Part shown: one piece after another, positions 13,212-25,756 of the stretch
Layout: the number at the start of each line of letters is the position of its first letter
How positions within the stretch are numbered: position 1 is the stretch's first letter
Assembly (NCBI GenBank): GCA_002269645.1
Contig: NIVC01000459.1
Span: forward strand, 62,001-126,000
Origin: Macrostomum lignano
Taxonomy: Eukaryota
Reading direction: 5' to 3'
Length of the DNA: 64,000 nt
Notes under the pieces: model-generated
Database searches by the model: none
Seen by the model: the letters and a program-made list of their open reading frames with translations, nothing else
What the model was told of the DNA's origin: nothing
Program-made: the position numbers and the translations under genes

Positions 13212-13655
13212 TCACGACTGCACAGTGACGGTGACGGGAGTGACGGTGAAGCCGGTGCTATTCGGCAGGGCGGTGTGCACAGTCACAGGCGGCACGGTGC
13301 CGGGGATCAGCTCCGCCTGGCTCAGCTGGTAGTTGAACACCCAGATGATGGTGGTCAGGCACTGGAAGGCCAGGATGCCCATGGCGGCGAACACCACGTA
13401 GATTCGATCTTCGGACAGGTCGCCGGTCCGGTGCCACCACCAGAGCTGGCCAATCAGGCTGCAGCTGAGCAGCAGGTTCAGGGTGAGCAGGAAGAAGCTG
13501 GCCGACACCACCCCGCCCTGGATGAGGGTGATGAGGATGCTGGACAGAGCGAATAGCAGTGCGAGGCCTGAGACCACCCGGTAGACCAGAGTGACCGTGG
13601 GAGACACGTGATGGTAGATCGCGCCGGAGGACTGGTTGGTGTCGGATGAAGACAT
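13212..13655 (-). CDS. Intronless 147-aa protein with three predicted TM segments, TMEM243-like
   Basis: GC-rich ORF with three hydrophobic stretches. WWHRTGDL resembles the WYRQGDL motif of TMEM243. A splice acceptor (CTCACAG|) lies 16 nt before the ATG. Confidence 0.7.
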   Translation of the reverse strand: MSSSDTNQSSGAIYHHVSPTVTLVYRVVSGLALLFALSSILITLIQGGVVSASFFLLTLNLLLSCSLIGQLWWWHRTGDLSEDRIYVVFAAMGILAFQCLTTIIWVFNYQLSQAELIPGTVPPVTVHTALPNSTGFTVTPVTVTVQS

Positions 13656-13938
13656 TGTGCGGGCGATGCCTCTGTGAGTGTTAATTGCAATTTTTATTAG
13701 CGAATATTTTAACAGATGCGATAGTATTGTGCAGTTCGAATACTGCAGAAATACTGCAGTGTTTTAAAAAAATAATTTTAAACTGAGGAACAGGAGCGTA
13801 GCCGAGGGGACAAGGGGGTCGCGACCCCCTCAATTGGCTGGCAAAAGCATATACTGTATTGTGCCTCTTGGCGCTTCCTGGTTACTGGCAACACCCTCAG
13901 ATTAAACTACCTACCGACAAACCATTTTTAGTATAATG

Positions 13939-14283
13939 GATGGCGCCCCTCACTCAAATAAAATGGCGCCCCTCACTCAAATGAAATGGCGCCTCTCACT
14001 CAAATGCAATGGCGCCCCTCACTCAGATAAAATGGCGCCCCTCACTCAAATAAAATGGCGCCCCTCACTCAAATAAAATGGCGCCCCTCACTTAAATAAA
14101 ATGGCGCCCCTCACTTAAATAAAATGGTGCCCCTCACTCAAATGAAATGGCGCCCCTCACTTAAATAAAACGGTGCCCCTCACTCAAATGAAATGGCGCC
14201 CCTTCACTCAAATGAAATGGCGCCTCTCACTCAAATGAAATGGCGCCTCTCACTCAGATAAAATGGCGTCTCTCACTCAAATG
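13939..14283. repeat. 23-bp tandem repeat (AAATGGCGCCCCTCACTCAAATA), 15 copies
   Basis: Copies counted directly. It lies near a CAGGAGCGTAGCC element-end-like motif at ~13792. Confidence 0.95.
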
Positions 14284-14739
14284 AATCTATATCTCAAATT
14301 TGGTCTAGCTCATAGTTAAAGAAATAAGCAGAAAAAGTGGCAAAACTTACCTGAAGCAGGTCTAGTTTCAACAGGCTCGATCAGCAATGATTTTCTTTGA
14401 CAAACCCTCTCACTGCTACGACAGGGTGGCATATATTATACACTGCGTGCCAACTGTACAAAATGCACAGCGCGTGCGCGGACAAATACGAGAAGACTAT
14501 TATCTCGGGTGTCGCAACAGGTGAATTGCTATACCCCTGATGAACCTTGTACATGCTATTTGAAATCTTATCTCGCCTTTTCTCTATTGCACTTCAACTG
14601 ACAAGCAATATACAGCCTATGGCTTATATTACACACGTAACTTCTTTGTACTGAATCCAGCTACTTAGTAAGTAGTGCGTACATGTAGCTTATACCGTAC
14701 CAAGTCTAAGTAGTAACATTAGAGAGGTTAATGGCAATG

Positions 14740-14990
14740 AAGTGACACACATACACAGAGAGAGGGTGACTTCTACAGTGTGAATGGCATTGAAGAGTGA
14801 CAGAGTGAGGGTGACTTCTACAGAGTGAATGGCATTGAAGAGTGACAAAGAGAGGGTGACTTCTACAGTGTGAATGGCATTGAAGAGTGACAGAGGGTGA
14901 CTTCTACAGAGTGAATGGCATTGAAGAGTGACAGAGAGAGGGTGTACAGAGTGAATGGCATTGAAGAGTGACAAAGAGAGGGTGACGTAC
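14740..14990. repeat. ~43-45 bp tandem repeat (GAGGGTGACTTCTACAGAGTGAATGGCATTGAAGAGTGACAGA), ~6 copies
   Basis: Direct repetition is visible. Confidence 0.9.
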
Positions 14991-15824
14991 TTACGCAAGT
15001 CAATACTAACGCACTTAGCCAAACTAATTTCAATGAAAAACATTGACAGAAATTTATGGTAAACATATGAGTTAAGAATACAAAAACAAAAAACAATCCT
15101 GCAAGTCGTATGTAGGAAACAAGTTGGGCACAATGAGTTCATAAAGATATAATATTTATTTGAAACAAATATATTAAGTTAATTGTATCAGATCTCACTA
15201 ACACACTAGTATGCAAAATTGCGATTTGAACCAAAGCTAGAAAACACAGAAAAGAATAAATGATATCATAAATGACAAATTAGCATTATTTTAGAAACAG
15301 AACATATGCACAGGCATAATGGTTGCTAACTGTATTTTTACTAGCACTCAAAGGAGAGACAGGGTCCTGATTTGAAAGGTTTAGCTGTTGAAATAAAACC
15401 TATATGCATGTGTGGCGAAATTTTGATTGACGGAATTAAAAAATAAACAATATTATTATTCAAATTAATGAAAACTGGCATTGAAAGGTTAACACCTGCA
15501 GGCAGGTGTCACGGATTTAAAATATAGATATATTTTACTGATTTAACAAAACAGTTTTGATTACAGGCATTGGAAAAGCTCTGTTGTTACAGATCACCAT
15601 TATTAATAAGGGAGTTGAGGGCGACATGTAAATGGATATATGTACCAATATATACACGCCTATAGTTACTGAGTTAGTAGTAAAGATAGAGAAGCTGCCT
15701 GCAAATTGACATTTTTACAATTCATTTCATTTTCAATGTTCATACAAATATTCTATTAGTGAAGAGTGATATTTTTAGAGAAAAATATTAAATTTTAACG
15801 GTCGCGCGCAAATCACACTACTGA

Positions 15825-18800
15825 CTAGTTAAGCGTACCGCGGCAGCTGGCTGTGCCGCATAGGCAGATAATTTTTTCCTCCTCGTAGGGGAATTTGTAG
15901 TCGTAGGTGATTTCCTCGTTGCGGCGGATTTCGCGTTTAGAGTAGATGACAATCTTTTTCTCGCCTTCTACTGTGATCACCTTGGCGTAGCAGTTCGGCT
16001 GCGGGAAATTATGCGGCATTGGGATTTTTCCGTGTGACCTTGAGGAACCTCTTTTATTGTGACTAAGCTGTGGGTTTGCCTTATATGACATTGAATGGGT
16101 TATCAGTGACTTGGTTGACCTTGAAGAGATGGAGTCTTAAATGACCTTGAAGGGATAATCTTAAATTACATTGAAGGGGTAGTCTTAAATGACCTTGAAG
16201 GGATAGTCTTAAATGACCTTGAAGGGATAGTCTTAAATGACCTTGAAGGGATAGTCTTAAATGACCTTGAAGGATAGAGTCTTAAATGACCTTGAAGGAA
16301 GAGTCTTAAATGACCTTGAAGGGATAGAGTCTTAAATGACCTTGAAGGGATAGAGTCTTATTATAAATGACCTTGAAGGGATAATCTTAAATTACATTGA
16401 AGGGGTAGTCTTAAATTACATTGAAGGGATAGTCTTAAATGACCTTGAAGGGATAGTCTTAAATGACCTTGAAGGGATAGTCTTAAATGACCTTGAAGGA
16501 TAGAGTCTTAAATGACCTTGAAGGAAGAGTCTTAAATGACCTTGAAGGGATAATCTTAAATTACATTGAAGGGGTAGTCTTAAATTACATCGAAGGGATA
16601 GTCTTAAATGACCTTGAAGGGATAGTCTTAAATGACCTTGAAGGATAGAGTCTTAAATGACCTTGAAGAGATAGAGTCTTAAATGACCTTGAAGGATAGA
16701 GTCTTACATGACCGTGAAGGGATAGTCTTAAATGACCTTGAAGGGATAGTCTTAAATGACCTTGAAGGATAGTCTTACATGACCTTGAAGGGATAGTCTT
16801 AAATGACCTTAGAGGGGGTCTTTAGTGTTTTGAAGGATTTCTCCGAGTTTGAATGGCTTTGAAGGAATTCTCCGAGTTTGAATGGCTTTGAAGGATTTCT
16901 CCGAGTTTGAATGGCTTTGAAGGAGTTCTCCGAGTTTGAATGGCTTTGAAGGGATTCTTAATGCCTTGAACGACCTTGAAAGAAATCTTCCGTGTCTTGA
17001 ACGGTCGTGAATGAGTTATTAGCGCACTAAACAACCTTAAGCGGCTTTCGCAAACACTCATTGACCTGAGTGAGACTATCTATGTCTTGGATGACCTTAA
17101 AATGAGCTCTCAGTGTCTTGAGAGCTATTGAGCAACAGAATGCAGACTCACCGAACAGCTGTGATTGATAAACCTGGCGTTATTGCCGCATTTGGTTGCG
17201 TCAATGACAAAAGCATCGTCAATGCGAAACAGATAGCTGCTGCCTATGCCGGCCCGTTCGTAGGCCTGCTCGCGAGTCTCGGCTATGGAGCGCCTGATAA
17301 TCTGGCCGGTGTACTCAACCACCATCTCGTCCTGGGCGATGGTCTCCAGGGCGAACAGGCCCCAAGAGTGAATGCCGGAACGATCGAATTTCAGCTTCTT
17401 CTTGCGAAACTTCAATTGGTTGAACTTTAATAGGTCACCTGTGAGGAAAAAATCAAATGTTTTTTAGACACATAGCACTAACTGATACAGTCCTAGGACT
17501 TAGTTTATAGGTAGGATTTCCCATCTAGTCCATAGGTACTGGTGGGTTTCCCATCTAGTCTTCAGGCTACAGGCGGGATTTCCCATCTAGAGGTTACATG
17601 TGAGATTTCCTATCTAGTCTTCAGGTTACATGTGAGATTTCCTATCTAGTCTTCAGGTTACAGGTGGGAAAAGCCCATTTGCTACAGTATGAGGGTTTCA
17701 TGAGGTTTTCATGATCTGTAGATAATTTCGGACGGGGGATTCCCCATCCAGGTAGTGTCGCATGTGGGGATTCCCCATCCAGGTAGTGTCGCATGTGGGG
17801 ATTCCCCATCCAGGTAGTGTCGCATGTGGGGATTCCCCATCCAGGTATTGTCGCATGTGGGGATTCCTCATCCAGGTAGTGTCGCATGTGGGGATTCCTC
17901 ATCCAGGTATTGTCGCATGTAGGGATTCCTCATCCAGGTAGTGTCGCATGTGGGGATTCCCCATCCAGGTATTGTCGCATGTGGGGATTCCTCATCCAGG
18001 TAGTGTCGCATGTGGGGATTCCCCATCCAGGTATTGTCGCATGTGGGGATTCCCCATCCAGGTATTGTCGCATGTAGGGATTCCCCATCCAGGTAGTGTC
18101 GCATGTGGGGATTCCCCATCCAGGTATTGTCGCATGTGGGGATTCCCCATCCAGGTAGTGTCGCATGTGGGGATTCCCCATCCAGGTAGTGTCGCATGTG
18201 GGGATTCCCCATCCAGGTATTGTCGCATGTGGGGATTCCCCATCCAGGTAGTGTCGCATGTGGGGATTCCCTATCCACGTATTGTCGCATGTGGGGATTC
18301 CCCATCCAGGTATTGTCGCATGTGGGGATTCCCCATCCAGGTAGTGTCGCATGTGGGGATTCCCCATCCAGGTATTGTCGCATGTGGGGATTCCCCATCC
18401 AGGTAGTGTCGCATGTGGGGATTCCCCATCCAGGTAGTGTCGCATGTGGGGATTTTCCATCCACAGCTAGCGTTAGAGCACAAAGGATTCCCAATCTAGC
18501 AAGTGCAGCATTTGGGATTTGAATCCCTCTTCCCACCAGCAACCCACCAATTTCGATATCGGCAAACTCGGCCAGAATTCTGCGCTGCATAGACCTGGCC
18601 TCCCTAGTCAGGGACAGCTTGGCTTTTCGCTCCTCCTGCTCGGCCTCGGCTTCATCAGCCTGTCCGGCTTCTGCGTTAATGGCCGCCGCCAGCGCCAGAG
18701 CGGAGCGCTCCTTCTGCTTGCCAGTCAGCTTGTAGAAGCCCTCCGACCTGGCGCAGCCAGTCGAATGCGGCTCGCGCGGCCCGGTCTCGCGCGCCGGCTG

Positions 18801-21800
18801 ACCAACTGGCGGATGGTCGGTCCAGTGGGTTTCAACTGCGCAGGGCAGGCCGCCTTCGGCTACTAGCAAATCAAACGCCTGTTTGAGCATCTCGTGCTCC
18901 TCGGCGGACATTACGCCGGCTAAGATGCGCTCGTTCAGCGCTGTTTCAGCTTCGGGAGAGCGCTGCTCGAATTGCGGAGGAGGCGGCGGCGGCGGTGGCG
19001 GAGGCAGCAACACGGAATCGTAGGTGTCCGCATCCGGCAAGAACTGCGGTCGCTGCCGTTTAGCTGGCGGCGGACCAGCCGGGAACAGGCCGACCAGTTC
19101 GCGCACTCCAGCGGCCGAGGTCAGCGACGGCTTGCGCTTGTTGGCGGGCATTGGCGAAGGCGGAGGCGGCCTGTGATAATAGCAGTAGTTGTGCTCGGAC
19201 ACCAGCTGCGAAGGCCACAGTGCAGGATCGGGCGCGACAGAAGCCTCGGGCGGCACAGACGCTAGATTGCCTAGCGGGCCGGGCTCTCGCTTGCCAAGAT
19301 CCACATCGCCAGCGGGCAGGTGCGGATGCGTGTCAGCCGGCGGCGGTGGCGGCGTCTTCGGCTGCTCCGGAATCTGCTGAGGCGGCGGCGACGCAATCGG
19401 CGGTCGCTTACGCGACGACGGCAGCACAGCGGCTGCAGGCGGAGGCGAGGACACCAGCGGGACAAGCGCAGACTTTCGCCGACTGCTGCCGGTCGGAGCA
19501 GGACGTGACGGAGCCGCCGCCACTGCCGCCTTTGTTTTCGACGCATCATTAAAAGCTTCCCCGGCGTCGCTAGCCTCTGACGCATCGTCGGTGTCCTCGA
19601 CTTCGTCATCATCGTCTTCATCTTCGCTATCTTCATCGCTGTCGCTGTCGCCTTGGAATTCGCTGGCCTCGTCGCTTTCGTCGTCATCATCATCCATTGC
19701 GGAGGCGACAGCGGCAGCCTTACCATCGTCCTCAGCTTCCGAATCTGTCGACATTCCCGACTCGCTGTCGGACGGCTCAGTCTTGACCTTCACCGACGCG
19801 GCCGCGCTGTCGACGGTGCTGTCATCTTCGGCCTCGTCGCCACTAACCGGCTGGCCAATGACCTTGGCGGGGCCGCGTTTCTGCTTGGCCCGCTGGCTCG
19901 GCGCTGCCGACAATTTTGTACGGCGACCGCCGCGACGACCGCCCCGCTGAGCCAGCGACGGGACCGGCGTCTGCGGCGGCGCTTCCCGGGTTTTGGCGCG
20001 GATCTTCGTGGCCACGCGGCCGGATGGGGCGGCTGGCTTGGTGGATAGCGGCGTCTTGGCGTCCTCGGTGTCCGAGTGGGCCGGCGAGGAGGACAAGGAC
20101 GAGGAGGAGGAGGAGCTCGACGAGGAGACAGACGACGCCCGAGCAGCGGGAGCAGCCGGCTCGGGGCTCGGAGACTCGGAGTCCTCATCCGAGCCAGACA
20201 AGGACTTCTTCTTCAAATCGACGCCGCCAAGATCATCGGAGCGGCGACTGTCCCGACGCGACCGATGATGCTCGCGCTTGCTGTCTCGCTGTTGGCGATG
20301 TTGCCGACTGTCTTGGTCGCGCGATTCGGACTTGACCAATCGAGCGCCGCTGTCCCGGTCGGATTTCACCGATGCGGCGTCCCCGGCATCGGATTTCTGC
20401 TGCTTCTGCCCAGACTGATGCTGCTGATTCTGCTGCTGCTGCTGCGCAGACTGCGGCTTTTGTCGGCGTTGGATTTTTGGCAAATTAGCTCGCAGGCCGC
20501 CTCGACCGAAAGAGAATCCGGTGAGGGAGAACAGGTTCGAGATTGAGCTGAACTGCCCGCCAGAGGCTGCTGCTGCTGCTGCTGTTGTTGCTGATGCTGC
20601 AGAAGACAGCAGATCCTCGCCGGCTGTGGCTGCCACAGCGGTTGCGCCTGTGGTACTGGCCGGCGCCGCTGCGCTGTCAACCGATTCAGCGTCCTTAGCA
20701 ACATCATTATCAACGGGCGGCATAGAGGACGAATCGATGATTGATGATTGGCCAACAGACGGCTCGAACTGGTCCAGCTTGCTAGCGATTTGCTGCGGAT
20801 TAAAGAGCGGCTTAGAGCCATCGGACTCGGAGTGACGGCTCCACCACTGCTCGAACTGCTGATAGGCGTGATTCTCGATCGCTCGTTTAGTCAAATCTTT
20901 GAATAGTACTTCGCGCAGATCGTTCAGGACGCCTTCTAAGACGCGCCGGCTCACCTGCTCAGCGTTGCTAGGCGACAGGCTTGGCACGCTGGTGTCTGGA
21001 GGCTCAACTTCCACCGCTGGAGCTGGGGGCGGCGGCGGAGGCGGCGGTGGGGTGGGGCGGCGGCGGCGGCGGCGGAGGAGGCTGTTGAGGAGCAGCAGCC
21101 GCATCTGGCGGCATCGGCGGCGCGGGCAGGAGCGGCACTTTCACGGCCATGGCCAGCTGGGCCGCTTGCGAGCTCGGATCGGAATTGGCTATTGAGGTGC
21201 CTGCATAAAAGATTGCGGGTGGAAGTAGGCTTGCAAATACGCTTTGGTCAACTTAATTAATTTTCACCTTCTATCATCAAATTACAGCAGGTGGCCTCAA
21301 CTGGTCCATCCTGACCCCTCCGTGACCCTAACTGGTCCATCCTGACCCCTCCGTGACCCTAACTGGTCCATCCTGACCCCTCCGTGACCCTAACTGGTCC
21401 ATCCTGACCCCTCCGTGACCCTAACTGGTCCACACTGACCCCTCCGTGACCTTAAACAGATCCACGCTGATTAGACAAGCTACTATTAACTAGCACTCAC
21501 CCTCGAGCAATCTCTGCAGACGGTCTTTCAGATTCACAGACGTGGGATCTCCGCCGTAGATGTGGCCGCCAACAGCTGGTCGAGTCTGATGGATTTTGCC
21601 GCCAGCCGCGCCGGCGCCGGTGGCAGCAGCTGCGTCGAAGTCGCCAAGCGCGGCGGAGGTGACGGAAGCGCCGGCAGCGGCTTGCAACAGTTTCTTATTA
21701 GCCTCATCGGCATTGTGATGCAGCAGATCGTGGATCAGCTTCCGCCTCATCCGGCCAGTGGTGTCTAGGAACACCTTCATCTGGTTGCCCAGCTTGCTGA

Positions 21801-22335
21801 CTCCGTCAAGGCGATCAACGCACTCCCTGGCCGCGCGGGTGCCGGTAAACAGCACCCGGCCAATGCCCAGGTGTTTCTTCGATTGCGGATGAAAGTACAC
21901 CTTGGCCTCTTCAACTTCGCCGAATTGTCGGCACATATCTTCCAGATCGCGCGACTTCAAATTGTCATTAATATTAGTAAAGGTCACCTCCTTGTCCAAC
22001 GGTCGGCCAAAATAATACTCGTCATATTTAAACTTCGGCAGAGGCAGATTAGCCGGCTCCCGCTGACGGAAGCCGGCCCTGCCACCGTGGTGATGCTGAT
22101 GGCGCGGATCGCGGGGCGGCGCAGCTGCGTCGGCGCCAACAGACGGCAGAGGTCCGTGATAGCCTGGCGGCGCCTGCAGGCGACCATCGTAGCGATAGAT
22201 TTTGGCTGCGTGCGCCTGGTTCAGCGCCGGGTCCGTAATGAGCTTGTAGGCTTGGTACGGCTTGCCCTGCTGGTGCTGCTGCTGCTGATGATGATGGTGT
22301 CCACCTGATGCCGTGGCGGCGGTGGCGGATGCCAT
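15825..22335 (-). CDS. SETD1: Histone H3K4 methyltransferase SETD1/Set1 (COMPASS). Exons 21501-22335, 18548-21200 (apparent 1-nt frameshift near 21055, or alternative acceptor at 21022), 17152-17438, 15825-15998
   Basis: N-terminal [25 protein letters not shown] plus an RRM ([20 protein letters not shown]). WIN motif [20 protein letters not shown] and [18 protein letters not shown] motifs IHSWGLFA and [17 protein letters not shown], and post-[16 protein letters not shown]. Confidence 0.97.
16125..16960. repeat. 24-bp array (AGTCTTAAATGACCTTGAAGGGAT) followed by a 29-bp array (TTGAAGGATTTCTCCGAGTTTGAATGGCT) in the last SETD1 intron
   Basis: Direct repetition: ~28 copies, then ~4 copies of the second unit. 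Confidence 0.95.
17735..18460. repeat. 31-bp intronic array (GGGGATTCCCCATCCAGGTAGTGTCGCATGT), ~24 copies
   Basis: Direct repetition between the SETD1 donor at 18547 and the acceptor at 17439. Confidence 0.97.
21300..21455. repeat. 31-bp tandem repeat (CCCTAACTGGTCCATCCTGACCCCTCCGTGA), ~5 copies
   Basis: Direct repetition in the SETD1 intron 21201-21500. Confidence 0.9.
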
Positions 22336-23089
22336 CCCTCTGGCAGCAGCCTCTGCTGCAACTTTTGTTGCTTTTGTTTAGCTTTGCTAGCTGCTGCTGC
22401 TTCTGGAAGACGATTGATAAGAAACATTTTTTTGATAGATCGTTAACCCGATAGAAAACGCAACTAAAATGAAAGCGTACTACTTACAACACAGTAGTGT
22501 AACTAGCGAGCAAACTGGAACCCTGCTGCCAGCTGCTGCTGCTGCTGCTGTTGCATGGGCCAAACAACAGGTTCAGTCAGCGGCATAAAACAAAGATAGG
22601 ATTTTATCATGTGTACAAGGCTTCAGGTGGGATTCAGGGCAACTGCTAAACAGTCATTCCCGCACAGGGTGTACACCGGCCCTGACTTTCTAGCTTCTGT
22701 TAAGCAAAGAACATAACAATCTATATTAATTATTAATAAACAAAGATAAATTGAAACGATCGAAGTCATAGTCACTCTGATCTGTGTATATACATTACAG
22801 ATATATTCATACTCTAAATGCACAAATGGCATTGTAGACCCGCCGTGAATTAATTAATTAGCAAGTAACAGTACAATGCTGGGAAGATGCGAACGAAAAT
22901 GTTACATGTGAATTACTGAGCTGGGAGAATTTTTTTAAAGCCGAAAGCCATCCACAGTAGTACACTGTCGTTGATACAAGCAAGTAATACTGCCATAGAA
23001 CTAGCACATGTTGCTACCCACTGGTTGCTATGATAAACTAATTATCTGAACTGTAATGTTTCGATTGAGAGTCTTTTCAGTAATCAACT

Positions 23090-23370
23090 TTCGGGTAGCA
23101 GCCATCGATTAGCAACTTCCCGGTAGCAACCATCGATAATTAACGCTCAGGAAGCAATCATTCGATAAGCAACTTCCGGGTAGCAACCATCGGATTAGCA
23201 ACGTTCGGGTAGCAACCATCGAATTAGCAACTTCCGAGAAGCACCCATCGGATTAGCTACTTCCGGGTAGCAACCAAATCGGATTAGCTACTGCCGGGTA
23301 GCAACCAAATTGGATTAGCTACTTCCGGGCAGCAACCAAATTGGATTAGCTACTTCCGGGTAGCAACTAA
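23090..23370. repeat. ~26-29 bp degenerate array (GATTAGCTACTTCCGGGTAGCAACCAAATC), ~10 copies
   Basis: Direct repetition between the FBXO42 stop and the SETD1 5' end. Confidence 0.85.
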
Positions 23371-23434
23371 TGGAAAAGCAATCTGGTACAAAAGGGGTGT
23401 ATTTATGAAAATATACCCTAAGTAAAACAGTCAG

Positions 23435-25728
23435 TCAGGTCCTGCCAGCCGGATACAACAGAAACATCTCGCAGGCGGCATTCCGATACTGTTGATCGTC
23501 AGACAGCAGTCCAACCGGTTGGACAAACGGATGACTAACAGGGAAATGGCGCTGCAGGGCGCAGAAACAGTTCAATAACAACAGCTGATGCTGGCAGGCC
23601 AGCGCAGTGTACCGGTGCAAGTCCAGCGGAGCGGAATCGAAGCTCACTCCAGCCGAAGCCGGCACCTCCAACCAGTGGCTGTCTTCGCTGGGCCTGTCCA
23701 CCGATATCCGGAGGACGTAGGGGCACAGGTACGAATGCCGCAGCCGGTTGCCGCTGGCGCCGTCGGGACCGTCAAATCGATGATGATGCGGCCGCAGGAG
23801 CGCCAGGCGGTCTTGGTACTCCTTAGTAAGGGTGCGAGAAATATGGAAGAATGCTAGGATGTTATGACACATCAAGCTTGGGATTGATACTGTTGTGTAT
23901 GCGGCTTGTACGCCGGTTAGGGTTCTTGCGTTCTGATTGGCTGGTGGGTTTGTCTGTCTGCCCAGACCGGCCTAGGCCGGGTGGGGGGTTTGATGTCTGC
24001 TGAATCATGCTGGTTAGTAGTTTAACTATAATATAAGTGCGCACCGGCACCGGCAGATACCACGTGACCTAGTTGACTACATTTATGCTTAATGCTAATT
24101 AGTTTTAAGTTTTGAAAGTCACGCTCACATTATCCGTCAGGACTAACCGGAGCCAATTCTGCTTAACTCGAATTTTACTGCCAAAACTATCGACCCCAAA
24201 CCCCAACCCTAACTGTAGGCTTTTTTAACCTAAAAATCCTAATAATTATGAAAATTTAGATTCTTTCAGCTTGGAAAAATACAGGCTGTAAATGTGGCAC
24301 CCGGGATCCAAATTCTAACGAGTTCAAAGCATATCTCAAATCACCTGCAATCGCTGAAGCCGCATTAAATTTCGCTGATTTGCATTGCCACGAATGGACG
24401 CCCCGGGAGGTCGCTGGCTCGCCTGCTGCTGCTGCAATAGCACCCTCTGTCGCTGCTGCTGAGCCAGCATTCTAACCAATGTCCGCTCGCGCAGTCGTCC
24501 AATTTTGGCGGCATAAGCGGCACCGGCGCCGCTCAGACAGACCAATCGCCTGTAGCCATCGTCAGAGCAGTCGGCGCCGCTGGCGGGCAGCAGACAGGCG
24601 GTCAAGTACCGGCTAGCTGGCGGCGAATAGGGCGACCGCGGCTGCGCCAGCCGGCACCAGGTGAGCTCGGACAGGATGGCCGACTGTCCAGCGTCCGGAC
24701 TGGCCGAACAAGAAAGCAGCCAAACTTCGGAGCAGAACTGGTTAGGCCGAACTTCGCCGCCGCAGATGATTACTCGACAGTCGTCAAGGGCTTCCATAGC
24801 GTGATTGTGACGCGGCAGAGGGTAGCGGCGCTGATGAGGCTGCTCAGCTTCCTCTGGATTATCGTCGTCTCCGCCGGCAGGATTGCTACGATCGTCATTG
24901 TCGTAGGTCAGAGCGTGCGGTGCAGACAGACAGGTGCCATCGGACAGGTTGATCAGCCAGATCCGATCGGACAACACGGATTGCGAGGTCAGGCCGCCAG
25001 TAATTAGCAGGTATTTGCGCATGAACACGCAGGCTGCGTGGCTAGTTAACGGTTCAATAGCCGGCTGTGGCCGGGGATCGGCAGCGCTGGCTGATGAAGC
25101 AGCGTGATCGCTGAGTAGCAGCAGCTGCCAGCGATGGCTGCGCGTGTCCAGCACGTGTACATCGCCGACAACAGAGGCGCGGGGACTGGCGTGGAACAGG
25201 TAGCCGCCGAATAGCACTAGCTGGGTGTTGGCATAGCAGGTGAGGCTGGCGTGGGACCGGGGCTCGGGGAACTGGCCGGAGGACATGACCCGCTCCCACC
25301 GACACTCGCTGTCCGAGGATTCAATGGACAATCGCCAGAGGTCGTTCAGCGGCACCTGATTTGGTTCGGACACTCCGCCGAATAAATAGACGTAGTTGCC
25401 GCATTTAGCTACGGCTGCCGATAGGCGCAGGCTGGAGAACGGGCTGGGCTGACCGGTCACGTGACGGATGCGGCTCCAGCAGAGGCCGTGCCGACCGTCC
25501 AGTGCGGCCTGGGGGTCAGTGAGTCAGTAAGTCAGTGAGTCAGTCAGTTTGAAATTACTCCATCAAAAAAAGAAACAGAACACTCACCCGAAAGTGGCAT
25601 TTCCTTCTCTCAATGAGACAGTCAACTAAATGACATAATCGCCGATTGACTAAACGTAGCTTGCGCAAATCGCTCAGATGAAGCAGATTGTCCAGAACCC
25701 GCTCCAGCACTTCGGCCGGCAGCTGGTC
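23435..25728 (-). CDS. FBXO42: F-box/kelch-repeat protein, FBXO42-like. Exons 25588-25728 (F-box), 24345-25508 (kelch), 23435-23821; start exon unresolved
   Basis: F-box DQLPAEVLERVLDNLLHLSDLRKLRLVNRR. Kelch blades YVYLFGG..NDLWRL, PEPRSHASL..LVLFGG, HAACV..LLITGG and PRHNHAM..IICGG. Phase-0 GT-AG junctions join LQRLQ to EYQDRL. Confidence 0.85.
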
Positions 25729-25756
25729 CTGAATAGAGGCAAGTGGTCAAGGATCA

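Noticed and set aside
17868-18547. Repetitive C-terminal tail of the 1078-aa ORF ([17 protein letters not shown]...)
   Set aside because: It is read-through past the SETD1 donor at 18547 into the 31-bp intronic array. The true protein continues at 17438 ([14 protein letters not shown]).
21328-21425. CCCTAA motifs suggesting telomeric repeats
   Set aside because: These are single hexamers inside a 31-bp minisatellite unit, not tandem (TTAGGG)n.
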